From Lingula anatina (taxonomy: Eukaryota; Animalia; Brachiopoda), in the NCBI GenBank assembly GCA_051362555.1, contig CM120640.1, positions 63,466,788-63,530,787 on the forward strand: DNA of 64,000 nucleotides, given 5' to 3'. The notes under the pieces are model-generated. The model was not told where the DNA came from and searched no databases. It worked only from the letters and a program-made list of their open reading frames with translations. Positions 12,111-24,960 of this stretch are shown one piece after another. Position 1 is the first letter of the stretch; each line of letters starts with the position of its first letter. The translations under genes and the position numbers were made by a program.

Positions 12111-15100
12111 ATGGGGACTCGCACAAATGACGAGGTAAAGGTTTTTCATTTTCTCAGGCAGGAATCGATGTGTATTTCAGATCTTAACTGAGATGATGTG
12201 CTGTCTGATGCATGACAGCAGCCATAAAACTTGAAATTCACTTGAATAGCCTTTAGGGTAGCTATAGATTTCATCCAGAGAGTTACCCCTAGTTTCACTT
12301 TTGATACAAACACACACAATGCTGATTCAAGTGAATTGAACTGGATGTACATGTACTTTTGGCCATTATTAATTGGCTTAAGTGTAGGCTACTCCATATT
12401 TCTGGTATCCACAGTTTACATTTTAAATATAGCATACCGTACTGCCAGATATTGTTTAGGTGGAGAACATTATTCAAGATCTCTCTCTCTCTCTGTCTCT
12501 CTCTCTCTCTCTCGTAAGGGCTTACTATAATTTCGTCTTTTGTTTAATTTAGATCTTATAATACATACCATGGCACGGCTATTTATCTATCACTCCTTGA
12601 ACAGTGGTATAATTTTTCATTACATAACATTCTAAACTTCATGTCTGTTATGTGCTAGTTACCAACCGAGGGAAATTCCAACCCCAACATATCATTGAAT
12701 TACGATGCAAACAGAACACAAGATCCACAACAAAGATACCAAGGTTTTTATGATATTGGGGTAAGTTTCAACATGGTGCATTTTTATCTGAATAATAAAT
12801 TTTTAAACATCGTGTTTGTACAGTCTTACAGGGCACGCATTGAGAAGCCGAGGCTGCAGTTGCACTTCTCGTATCTAATTTATTTTATTTTAGTATTAAT
12901 TTTCTCCCTTGCATATCATCTATAAGCTTGGTAGACCTATTGGTGGCCATAGCAGGAGATTATTTGCCTTATATCTTTTCAACTCTGACTACGGGCATTC
13001 AACTGTTCATTTTACCCCATGTGTCCTGCTGCGTATTTTTACAATAATATTGATTTTTATTTATTTTGCAGTTCAGGTAATTGGAGTTGCTATCGTATTC
13101 TAACGTCTTTCTTACCTAATACACCAAAGACCGACTCCTCCCTATATTATTATTATTATATAGAAATGCTGCAGAAATTTGTGCTCTGACGTTTCATATC
13201 AAAATATCCCAGTTGCTACATGTAGGTAAATTATGGTCAGTTTAAAACATTTTATTTTGTTATGTAACAAGGACAATTTGTCATTTTGCAGCATACTGGA
13301 CAGCCTACAACGCAGAATCGTATCTATATTGAACAGCAATGGCCAGGACAACATGGACCACCCCCTTCGGTATACGGTGTCAGCGGTAGGCACGGGTATG
13401 GCCCAGTGCCGCAGATGTACCCTCGACCGGTTCCACTGATGCAGCAACAGGTTTATTACTACACATACGCATACATACACAGTCTCGCAAAGAGAGAGAG
13501 AGAGAGAGAGAGAGAGGAACGAGAGTGTGAGAGAGAGAGGGGGAGAGACGATGTTTTGATCACATTCACAGAAGGCAAAAACTGCATAGTTCAGTAGAAG
13601 AGAACAAGTCGATAAGAGTTTGACAGCATACTTTTTTTTGCCTTCCCGTTTTATTTAAGAATGTATGTTATCAAGGCTAATGTGCTATTTTCCTGCTTGT
13701 TGTAGATAAATACCCTACAGGCCGTAACTTCCATTGAACCTAAAATGAACGTCAGGTTTGACGATTTGCAAGGGAAAATCACAGTCATTGATAAACGGCT
13801 GCAGGAATACGCCTTTTTACAAAAACAAGATGGCTTGAGGTTAAATCACATGGAGAAGATGCTTGCTCGCATTGACCAGGCAGTAAGTGGGCATAGTGAA
13901 GCCATCACGGAAATGCCATCGATGCTAGCCCAAGGAATCGAATTGAATGAAAGAATGTCGGATGTTCATCCACAGGATTTTTTCGTAGGTTTCGTTTTTT
14001 TCCTGAAATATTATTACAACAATTTTATAACATATTGACAAAATCATTCCAAGATTTATCGATTAAAACATTCCTTTAATGTCATATTAAAATACCAATT
14101 TTGAGCGAGTTCATTATATTATTCACTAATCAGTTGGCCAATTTTTATTTCTCATAATGATTTAATGTGTTAACATCAGTTTGTTAAAGGTGGACACCCA
14201 TGTATTTGGAATCAAATAAATGCAAAGGAAACATGCATTTTCAATTTAAAGAACTTACGCCTCCAGAACCACCAAACCATGGGCATACATTCAACTGTTG
14301 ATGAGAGATCTAACACCGTTCTAGTGGATAACCAGGAAAGACTCGGAATGGTTCCTCAACGACTGAGTGCAGATATTGAGAGAGGAGGCCATCCAGAGCC
14401 CAAGTTAGTCAAACAAAAAAAGCTTATTTTTTGTATGATAATGTGTAAAATACATGAGTAAATGAATAGTTTCACTTGGCTCCAGCAAGCTGACGACGGG
14501 ACAACTTTAGTTGACTTAAAAATGAAAAGTCTTTTAAGAAAGTTTTTTTTTTTTGACAATGTGCATGAGGTGTCTGTTAGTGTGCCAGGTCCCAACAAGA
14601 ATGTTTATTTCCTAGCACATTTTATATGTTGTTGCCCGGTAGATTTTTTTAGCTGCTAGTCGTTAAGTAAAATACAAATATTTTTCAGAATGGACTTGTT
14701 CAGAACTTGCCAGCGAGGTATGGAAATGACATTTTAATTCTTAAAAGTATCTTGGAAACAAAGATGGAAAGTGGCGTATGACAAAAGCTCAGAAGTTAGA
14801 CCTTACGGGAGCACCTCAGTTTGAAGCTATGCATTTTTGTTCATAAATGTTGCATAAGAGCGTTTGTATATATATACGATGATGATATGTATTTGCATCT
14901 AGAACGTATCAAAGCAATTAAATAAATTTTCTATTTAAGATCAGGAATTTAAAGTGGGCATTTTCTTTCTTTTCTTCATTCTTACTTCCTTACACATACA
15001 ATGCATAAAAGTTAAATCAGTGGTTTAATTTTTGTGTAGGACCAATTGCAATGACCGAAAAACATAAAAGAATCCTACAAAAGAACCACAAAGCACTAGA

Positions 15101-18100
15101 GGATGATCTGGAATTTAATCTGATTTGTCCACATTTGTTTGAAGATGGAATTTTGAAAGAAGATGATATTGAACAGTTAAGTAACATAGCTGTCTCATCA
15201 ATTAGAAACAGAACGTTACTCGTGAACATACTGCCCAAGAGAGGAGATGCTGCGTTTTGGAGCTTTCGAAAGGCGCTGAAAGATACGAAACCGTGGCTTG
15301 ACAATCTGTTAGAAGAGAAAACGAGTAAGTAATATATGTATCAAGCGATCATACTTAATTTTTCATGCATGGAATTCGCTGTTTATAGTGACGCGTCTAT
15401 TGGATTCATTGGACTATGTTGCCCTAAATTGTGGTGGCTCTGTAAGTAGTGACGTTATAACTGTAGATTCGATCCTAAGATGCGGGCTTATACTTAATCG
15501 CTTATATAAGAATTTTAATTTTGACTTTATCATCTTCAGATTACGTGACCGCAGAACTAAAAGTGGATATAGTGTCAATTACTGGGCATAATGTCAACAG
15601 AGAGCGTCTGCAGCGAGCACATCAGATAATAGAGGAACAGGCACCGATGCTTCAAGAGGCCCTAAGTTTGATACACCTCACGATGGAAAGCATCAAGTCC
15701 GGCTGCCTCTTATGTACGCTGCGATTCGACGCCATAAATGTTCTTGATAATTTCTGGGGTTGGACGAATTCAAAATCCAAAGAGCCTTCGCCACTTTTGA
15801 AGGTAGTAAGAAATGCGTTGCGGACTAGGGAACTGGATAGAATAATGGAACAGAATGGTTTTGAATTCTTGCTCAAGGGAGAAATGAGTGCCGAACAGTA
15901 TTTTGAGAAAAGAGCACAGCTGTTGCAAGGTAGGAACTGAAGCTGCAAGTTGATTATTTCTTAGTATCGATAGCCGGTGAAGGTAACTATTTCGAAGGAT
16001 TGTGTATCTTAAAGAAAAAGCCAAGAAGGCGATTTTTGTAATACTATACGCATGTTTTGTGATTAATTGCCATTATATGACTTAAAGTAAAGTGTTCTTA
16101 TATACCGCACTCCATGCGTCCCGGCTGGTTTATAATGGCTGACAATAAACCTACATGTTACCCTCTACCAGGGCGACTGATAAATTTTTACAGCCCAAAA
16201 TGACCATCTATCTAGCTAGAGACATATCTGTGAATATATGTAAAAATCTATCAGTCGTCCTGGTAGAGGGTACCTACATGTAGCATTTTTTTGCTCCCAA
16301 TTCAGACTGCATGTAGGCGGTCTCACATTCCTGTTGAGGATACAAAAAACACAGTTTGAAAAACCTCAATAATTGTGAAAACAAAATCGAAACATGGCGA
16401 GAGGTGGTGATGAATCTCATTTGTTGAGAACCCAATTTAAATGTTTTTTTTTAGTTTTGTTTTGAATGAAAAAGGTGAAAGTGGTCTTTGCTGACCATTT
16501 TTGCATTAGTAGATGAGAATTGAAAATGAGGTCAGAATCATTTTCCTTGAAAACTGCCACTCATTCTCTATTTGAAAAAGTCATCCAATAACGAAGGTTT
16601 CTTGCCGCCCTTTGTTCATTGTCTGTATTTTTCATAATCTTATTTTTCAGATGGCCAATGCCTTCCAGTCAGGTCGGCAGATGATTGCCTGCATCCGTAT
16701 GTTGGACGCTCTGTCTTTGAAAATGAAACGGAAGAGCGTCTTTCTGTTATTTTGTATAAATTACATAAGCAAGCGTATGGGGAAGACACAGTTCCAACTT
16801 TCACCATGTTTCTGAACCGCTTAAGCGATAGTGTTAGGGCTCGGCAGAAGGTGCTTCGACTGCGAGGCCTTTCATCAAATTTGCTTGTTTCCTACACCAA
16901 TATGAAACGGGATTGGGAGAACTTAACTGCTGATCGTGTCGAGAAAGACCTTGAACTACAAGAGCTCCGAGAAAAGCAGTTGGCCAATGCAGGGAATCTG
17001 AGTGAAATTGAATATCACCGACAGCAACTTGCAAATTCTGAAAAAAACTGTGAAACATTAAAACAGCAATTAGAGGAAGCATCTGCAGAAGTTACTGTCA
17101 AAAATGACGTTATTAGCCAGTTGGAAAGTCGCCTGAAAGATACGCAGATGCAAATCAAAGTCCAAGAACAACAAACGAGAAGCACACGGGTTGATCGGAC
17201 ACAAAATCCTACTGACGAAGAAGAGTCGCCGCTACAAGAGATGCAGAGACAGCGCAATCGAGAGCAGGAGCTTCTAGCAGTTATAAAAGAAAAAGACGAA
17301 CAATTAAGTCAGTTAAAAGGGCTCCTTGACGGGATAAGACGTATACCGGGAGAAGGTTTCGTATATTCAAATCAAGGCAACAGGGTGTTTGAACTTGAAG
17401 ACCCCGCGTCACAGAATGTTACCCATCAAAAGGATGTGGATCTTTTAAAAGGATATATGCATGGTCCCCAAAACAGAGAACGAAGAATCCCAAACATTGT
17501 TAGTGCAATGTTTAATGAACAGAATTTTTCACAAGGCCAAAGGAAAGAGGCTGAATTTGAGGACACGTATAAAGAAGGCAATAAAGATATAGACATTGAA
17601 CGAGGAAATCAGAACTCGCCACAGGCACCAGTGCCTGAACAGGAAGGCGCCACTGATACCACCCTTAACGTCGTGACAGCTGAATCAGAAAAGGACCAAG
17701 CTGCAGTAGGTGGGGAGAGTACCGAGACTAATACGGAGGGCAGTGTGCCAGGTGGGTAGTAAGCCCAATGTAAATAAGCCCCATGAACAAAGCTACGTAT
17801 GCAACGTCATTATTTTTCAAATATAATGCCAGATGGCTCACAATTTGACAAAAAACGCAGTTGACGTCAGGGGGGCCAACTTGCCCCGCCACGGGGCAAG
17901 TTGGCCTCTGGGTCGGGGCAAGTTGGCCCCCTATACGAAAATGAAGTAAGTATCCCATGTAAACGCCTTGAAATACATTTTTATAAATTTTAGATTTATT
18001 AAATTGATTTTTGAGAGTCTCTGATGAGAAAATAGTTCAAATGAGGCAGATTTATTGAGTACGTCACGTTGTAGAGGGGGGGGGGGGGGCTGTGTGTTGC

Positions 18101-21079
18101 AAGAACCAAAATATCTATCAATAAAATTTGTTTTGTTTTAATTAAGAATAAATTAAAATGGTATAAAGCAGGTTTTTAATGAATGAAAACTAATAATAAA
18201 TTTTCGTTTTTTAAAAAAATAACAAATTCAGGTTTTAACCATTGAGTTTGTTTCAACAATGGTCTCTAGCACAAGGGTTTTGGGTAATATGAGGGTCCAA
18301 CTTGCCCCGAGTCAAGGGGGGCAACTAGCCCCGGGTGCACATTTTTTATTTTAAGGGATGGCAGCCATTTGTGGTGCTAGAGTGAGCAACGATGGTTCAT
18401 CTGTGTGAAATTTGAAACAATGAGCTTCAGTTTGATGCCCTATACATATATTATATTCGATCAAAAGCCTATGAAAATAGATTTTTAAATCTCTTAAACA
18501 AAATTACTTTTAGGTGCAAAGACACTTCCTTAGTATTGTAGGCTACGGTCACTTTCCAAGAGTATGTGACCAATTTTTTTACCTCGTAGTTACTTTTTCA
18601 TAAATTAACGGGGGGCCATCTTACCCCGGGGTCCAACTAGCCCCGGTCTCCCCTAATATATTAAAATTTCGTCTTTTTGTACAATTAAAGGGATAATAAC
18701 ACTTCGTATGAGATCTATATTTCACAATAAACACATTGTGAATAACTCACAGAAATATAATATATTCTGTTTTACGACAAAAAACAGCAGTTATAGCTAT
18801 TATTCTGATATCTGCGCTTGTCTTTAGATCACGTGACCTCCATTGATGGCTATACTCTGTTATAATCTCTTAAGAGATTTTAACAAAAACCAAACTTTTT
18901 AGAAAAAAAAAAAAACAGGGACTAACTTTGAATGTAGAAATGGATTCATTTACCATTGGTAAGTAGGGGAAAATTGTTGTTTACTCCAGAAAAATTCATT
19001 TTTTTGGCCAGAACGAAGAGTTATTATCCCTTTAACGATTTTTACAGAGGTAAGTAGGAGTTTGCAAATAAATAAATAAGGTATTTTTTATATGAACTGT
19101 ATTTGTATTAACAAATTGTCTTGGTTCTTCTGAAGGTGAAAAGAAGATAAGACGTAGCAAAGGCTTGGACACGGTAATATGTATTGACACATCTGGATCG
19201 ATGAAGACAGCCTTTCCCAAAGTTAAGGACACGGTGTTGCAGATATTAGCTCGTACGTATTTGTCAGTGAAAGTTCAGCAACGTTACACTTGTTAATAAA
19301 CCATCTTGAAGTATTTGAATAAACATATTTAACGTACATGTAGGTGGAGCTGCAACTGCTTCTAGCAACAACATACAATTTCTAAAATCTTGTTACTTCA
19401 TTTGAAAAAGAAAGTAAACCTTTTCGGTTAATTAATATAACTTCGTTAAATCTTAGTAACATATTTGGTATATCAGTAATTACTAGTATTTACTAGGCAT
19501 GGAGCACGATGCCACATATTATGGGTTTGAGGAAAACGTGTCCATTGTTCAGTGTGGAGGAGACGGCACCGGTGTGGTGGTACCGCTGACTTGCGATTAC
19601 GACATGGCGCGGAGGGGATTTGGTACGACAGATTTTCAAAATGATTGTTCAAGTTTTACAGTATCTACTGAGGCTATACTTAAACAATTACCAGTATAAG
19701 TAAGTGACCCTTTCAAATGCATTGTGTGACATCCCAGTCTGGACGCTGCCATTTATGCCATCTGGCAACGTGCCCCACTTCATAGTAATTTTAAAAACTA
19801 TACAAACATGTTGAAACATACACGACATATAGAATATTATGACCCGTTAGATAATACAATGTGTAACACCGTTGTATAATTTGACGCAATGCATTATTCT
19901 TTTTCAGAATTCATCACTACTGGAGGAATGTCGCCGCTGGTGCAAGGCTTTAGGGAATGCCGAAGAGAACTCCAAAAACACTGTCAGTCGGCATTTTTTA
20001 AAACTTTCCTCTTCCTTGTAATTTTGACTTTTCGTCATATCTTTTAGAAAACCTCTCACAGTAGAATCATGTTGCACTCATTCGCTGCTTCAGAAGGCCA
20101 AATATTGCAGTGTCACATGGGGATATCTAAAGATCTTTGTATTCCGAGTAAAAACAAACTTTAAGCGAATCATAATTAAATAGAAATCTCGGGAACTGTT
20201 ATATTTATGGGCTGATTAGATAACTGTCACATGGTTAGCTTTAACAAATATATTGACCAAAAGTATTATAAAAAGATTGCCAACACCATAGTAATTAGCA
20301 AGTAATATGCATATCTGTTTGCGGTTTGCAGCCGGTCAGCTGGTGGTGTCTGGGTTCAAAGTTGCCCCACGCATTATTATGTTCACTGATGGTCTACTCA
20401 GTGACGACAGGGATTTTGGCACAGAAGATGTCCGCCACGCTAAACCTAGGGTATTCACTTTTATACCTGTTATATTGTGTCATTCAAAGTGGGGGAAGTA
20501 ATAGTGACTACATGTTCAGTAAAAGTGCTGATTTGTTGTGATGACATGTAAAAAAGAAGTGGTACTCTTAAAACGGGCTTTAATCGAGACCATTTACAAA
20601 AAAAAAAAGAAAAAAAAATCAAATGTCATTTATGAACTTTTGTGTTGCAGGCCATTTATAAACTGATGGAAACCATTCAGTTGTACTCCACTGACGCCGA
20701 CTATTCACGAAACAGAGCAAAAATTACATTCATCGGTTGTGGAGATAGAGAAAGGGTAAAAAAAAGTTCCCGGCACAGATGCAAAGAATGACCTAGTTTT
20801 AATAGGAGCAAGTGATTTTTGAGATATATTAAATGTATTCAGGCTTTCAAGAAAAATTTTTAATGTTTGACGTTTTACTGTTAGATAAAACATGCATTCG
20901 TGGGCATTTGTGTGTGCTATTCCACTTTTGGGAGAAAAGTGTAGCCGACTGACCATTTTTTCTAGAAAAAGAGTGTGGGAGCCAAACCGTCCTTGTATTT
21001 AGCAAACCAGGTGTTCAAAGGATAATGACGAAAGTATCTCTTACATGTGCTTGCACGTTGTGTGTAAATGCGTGTGTTC

Positions 21080-21135
<56 letters not shown>

Positions 21136-23715
21136 AAAATTTACGTGTTTAACCCCTGAGGTTAGCATGATAATATAGCTCACTATATAATTTCAGAGCG
21201 TCCTAGATCCAGTGACAAAAACATGTAACGGGAAATATTACGACATTGAAGACAACTTGGCTATGAAGAAGATAGTAGGTTACTACAGGCGACTGGTAAG
21301 CTTCTAATAGTTGATAAATACATGTACCAGCTGGGAACATGCCCTACAATCTTTATTTTTTAAAGAGGTCGGCATGTCTTGTTTTTATTAAAGCCACTAT
21401 AAAATGAATTTTTACCTCCGCCAAGGAGGTTATGTTTTCACCCCTGTTTGTTTGTTTGTCTGTCTGTCTGTCTTTCTGTCTGTCTGTCATCAACATAACT
21501 CAAAAATGATGGAAATTTTCAGGAACTGTCAGAAGTGGGCCAAGGAACAGATGATTAGTTTTTGGTGGTGATCCGGATCAAAAATCAATCAATAATCAAT
21601 AATAATCAAAAATTGCTGCCTTGGCGAAGGTCTGCGCTCTCGGAGTGCTTTTCTAGTTGTATATGTAATTTCCCTCATTCTCTCCACAGGTTCAGGTGTG
21701 CAGGTTCGCTGCCCCGTTTTCAGGTAAGTAACGCAAGTTTTAATCGTATTTGTAGAGGCAATGACAGTGCAAAATACAGCTTTGAAACTTTTTTCTTTTC
21801 TTCAGTTTCATTTAAAATTTCTTAAGGCAAAATGCGCGTTATTTTTCTTAAGATGCAATTGGATGTTTCAGATAAGGGTGCTATGTACAGTATGATTGCC
21901 GAAAAAGAACAATTCAAGAATTGGTTTAAAGCCACTAAAGGCAACGAGCTTTCAGAAGAGGACATGACAGATTTTGAATTGGTAAGCAAAGACAGGTTAA
22001 TTATTTCCACATATGTCAACAACTAAGCTTATTGAACTATCATTTTCTGCTTTAAAGCCCAAGGCAAAAGATTGTAGACTGCAACTTATGCCCGTTCGTT
22101 ACATTGCTCTACATTCATGATATTTAAGGACGAGATGTACGAGATCTTCATTGGTCTACAAGAACAGCAGGCACAATCAGAAAGAGAACCAGATATTGAT
22201 GCACAAGGGGATCCAGAGGTTCGTAGGCAACTCCCACTTGGCACGCGAGTACAGCGAGGACCAGATTGGATGTGGAACGACCAAGACGATAACGGTCCTG
22301 GCACAATCGTAGGATATGGCAGGCACCGTAAGTGAACATTTTGGTAATGATATAACGACAACGATAGCAACACTGCCGACAGCAACTGGACAAATAAGCA
22401 AACAAAGATGCAACGTCTGTGTGCATTTATGATAAATCCAAATTTTAATGTATTTATTTGTTCTACTCATTTTTATTCATTCACTATACTCAGCACACTT
22501 CCTTCAAAGCATCTGCATGTGTAATATACCGTTTTCTTCACAAATAGTTTTAGTAATAAACAGTGGTAAATGCTCGGTTTTCATATTCAGACACGGTAAT
22601 TGTGCAGTGGGACAAAAACAATACCAAAGCTCGGTATCGTTTCGGTGGGTCTACGGGTATGTATGACGTCATGGTCACGGAGCAACCCCGAGTATTATCC
22701 CCTGATGAAATGATAGCAGTCGGTGTTCACGTTATGAGAGGTATTATGACGAGTTCCCTTTTTATTGAAAATATGATACAGGTTACACATATCTAATGAG
22801 TATAATTTTAACGTCGCGTAAGAGGAATGCAGAGAGGATGTTAATTTTTCATGCACAGAATCGACACTTAAGCATCTATATGAAGAAAAATAAAAAGTCA
22901 TATTTCACATTATACATGTATGATAAACAACACTAAGAACTCATTTAAAGTGGAACTATGGTGTAGTCTGGCTGTATCCTTATCTACAGCAAGAAACTGA
23001 AGAGTTGAGTTTACCGCCTTTGTTTTTCGTTTTTTTTTACTTCAGACCAACACGTGGTGTGCACTTTAAATTAAACAAAATACTATTGCTTTTCTTCAAG
23101 GTCTAGACTGGCCTGAAAATGACAACAGCGACGGTGGGCCCGGTGGTCATGGCATCGTTTACAAAGTATGCGAAAATGGAAAAATTAAGGTAAGAATAGT
23201 TATTACAAAATTATTTCAGTTATTACAAAATTATCACAGTTCTGATGTTCAAACAGTTCAAATTATCTCAGCTTTGGTGCTCATTCGATATTTTCGTGGT
23301 ATATTATGTCTTGACCTATATTATGTATGAAAAAGTTAATTCATTTTAGAGGACACAATACTAAGCGGTTCTTTTATAATATTCAAGGTGCGTTGGTCCA
23401 ATGGGAATACAACTGAATGTCGTTTTGGCTACGATGGCTTGTATGATGTTATTGTATGGTACGTGAACCTTTTTTAGACCATATCTTAAACAAATTGAAT
23501 CGTTTCATATCTAAGAAAATGCAGATGCTTGCTTTGCCCATGCTTTGTCTACACTTCTTACTCTGTCATGTGCCTTGTATGTTCGGGAGTAACATTTCTT
23601 TTTTTAATGTAAAAATTATACTTATGAAATTCTTCAATGCCAACATTTCTTTTTCAGCACTGAAGAAGAAATGCAACATAACACACCACCTGACTCTCTT
23701 GCCATTAAAAAATGA
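12111..23715 (+). CDS. Multi-domain protein: CARD/death-fold + TRADD-N-like + coiled coil + vWA + 2x MIB/HERC2, ~22 exons, ~1290 aa
   Basis: Phase-compatible GT-AG exons: 12111-12134, 12659-12760, 13292-13450, 13706-13984, 14252-14403, 14689-14717, 15040-15324, 15540-15929, 16651-17751, 19136-19252, 19497-19622, 19908-19982, 20332-20450, 20651-20755, 21197-21295, 21690-21723, 21872-21981, 22129-22327, 22591-22740, 23101-23189, 23388-23458, 23658-23715 (3873 nt). CARD: MTEKHKRILQKNHKALEDDL...LPKRGDAAFWSFRKALKDTKPWL. vWA: ICIDTSGSM...IIMFTDG. MIB/HERC2: GTRVQRGPDWMWNDQD...YRFG...YDV and GVHVMRGLDW...DGGPG...VRWSNG...RFGYDGLYDV. The 5'-most exons and the 21690/21872 junction are less certain. 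Confidence 0.8.
13491..13547. repeat. (GA)n microsatellite, imperfect
   Basis: Seen directly in an intron; a (CT)n tract also occurs at 12480-12513. Confidence 0.9.
16159..16272. mobile_element. 114-bp MITE with 9-bp TSD (Mutator-like)
   Basis: TIRs taccctctaccagggcgactgataaattttta / taaaaatctatcagtcgtcctggtagagggta, flanked by the direct repeat cctacatgt (16150-16158 and 16273-16281). Confidence 0.85.
17775..18655 (+). mobile_element. Non-autonomous DNA transposon (Tc1/mariner-pogo-like), 5'-truncated copy
   Basis: Highly similar to parts of 40417-42933; repeated ggggccaacttgccccg motifs; right end ccaactagccccggtctcccc+TA; left TIR absent. Superfamily assignment is inference from the TA flank. 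Confidence 0.75.
18689..19031. mobile_element. Kolobok-like MITE, copy 2
   Basis: TTAA|agggataataac...gttattatccct|TTAA; reverse-complement copy of 8527-8862. Confidence 0.78.
21088..21132. repeat. (GT)n microsatellite
   Basis: Seen directly. Confidence 0.95.
21411..21658 (+). mobile_element. Non-autonomous Helentron-type element (HINE/DINE-1/pearl-like)
   Basis: Subterminal inverted repeat cctccgccaagg / ccttggcgaagg, internal (GTTT)n(GTCT)n microsatellite, 3' hairpin gcgctctcggagtgc, ends ctagtt, T-rich flanks. Confidence 0.75.
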
Positions 23716-24960
23716 ACCATCACAACATGGTGTGCAAGCGTTGAACCATTGTCCGAAGTTCAAAATATTAGCAACTGCGGGTCTCGCCTTCATTTAGCGA
23801 TTTTGCAGGGACAGGCATATCTTTTTTCGTTGAATGTGACAACAAGTGTGACAGTCTGAGATGCTTACAAAAAGAATTTCTCACGTTGATTTTGGGATTT
23901 GTAATGTTATATGCAGAGGACGAATGTTTTGTGCCAAAACAGAGCAATCCTTGTGCTTATTTAAAATTGTATTAATCAAAGGTACACTATACCTAGGTAC
24001 ATCCATACACTATACCTGTACAGCTCGTTTGAAAAGTTCACTTAGTGATATTTTCTGTCTTCATATTCTGAAAAAATACTAATATTTTCCAATACATATT
24101 TTAAAATCATAAACACCCTCAAATGAAAATACCCGACTTCTATAGTTTCTGAACACGAAGACCTGGCGTTACAAAATGTCTAGCCAGTCGTTTAGGACTA
24201 AATAATAAGATTTTAAAAAATGGAATAAAACATGTAATGCAAGTGCAGGGGTGGGTCTAGCAATCCTTCACAAGCAGGACCCCCCCCCCCCCCCCCCCCC
24301 CCCAAGGAATATTTATTTAGGCGGATAAATCCCGTATAGAGTACCTTTAAATATGAAGTTTGAAACATTAAAATGTCATAAATTGTAAAATCATGATTAT
24401 AATAGTGCTAATATGAAAGATGATAATAAAAAAATGACCTTGAAATTCATTGGAATGCAGTGTTTTATACAAAGAAAACCGGCACTGGTCATGCAGGAAA
24501 AATGCATGCATTCTAAATCCGTATCTATGGAGAATTCCAAGCCAAAAATTCCCACGCAATTCAGGCGCATCAAAAAAAAAGTTTTACTTCGGTCCCAAAC
24601 AACATTTCAGTGCAAGTCTACAACTCTATCGCTCTCTATCCGGAAGTGGATGCGTTTTTAAGTTTTCAACTATTTCTTCACATGCAGTAAGCCGAATGAT
24701 CGGTCATATCTATTTCTTGTATTTTTTCGTGCGTGAGTTTTAAAGATGCTAACAGCGCAATAAAGAACCAACTAATCGATATTCTTTTATATGAGACAGT
24801 TGTTCTGTATACTATATTTGAGAATACCAGAAGAATGTAAAATGTAAAAATTATTTGCGTAAATATCAATGTGGTTCATATGTAAGGATAAAGAACTGTG
24901 TTTCAAAACATGTGTTCAGGATAAGATACAGCCTACAATAACACATAGAAAAATTCATTG

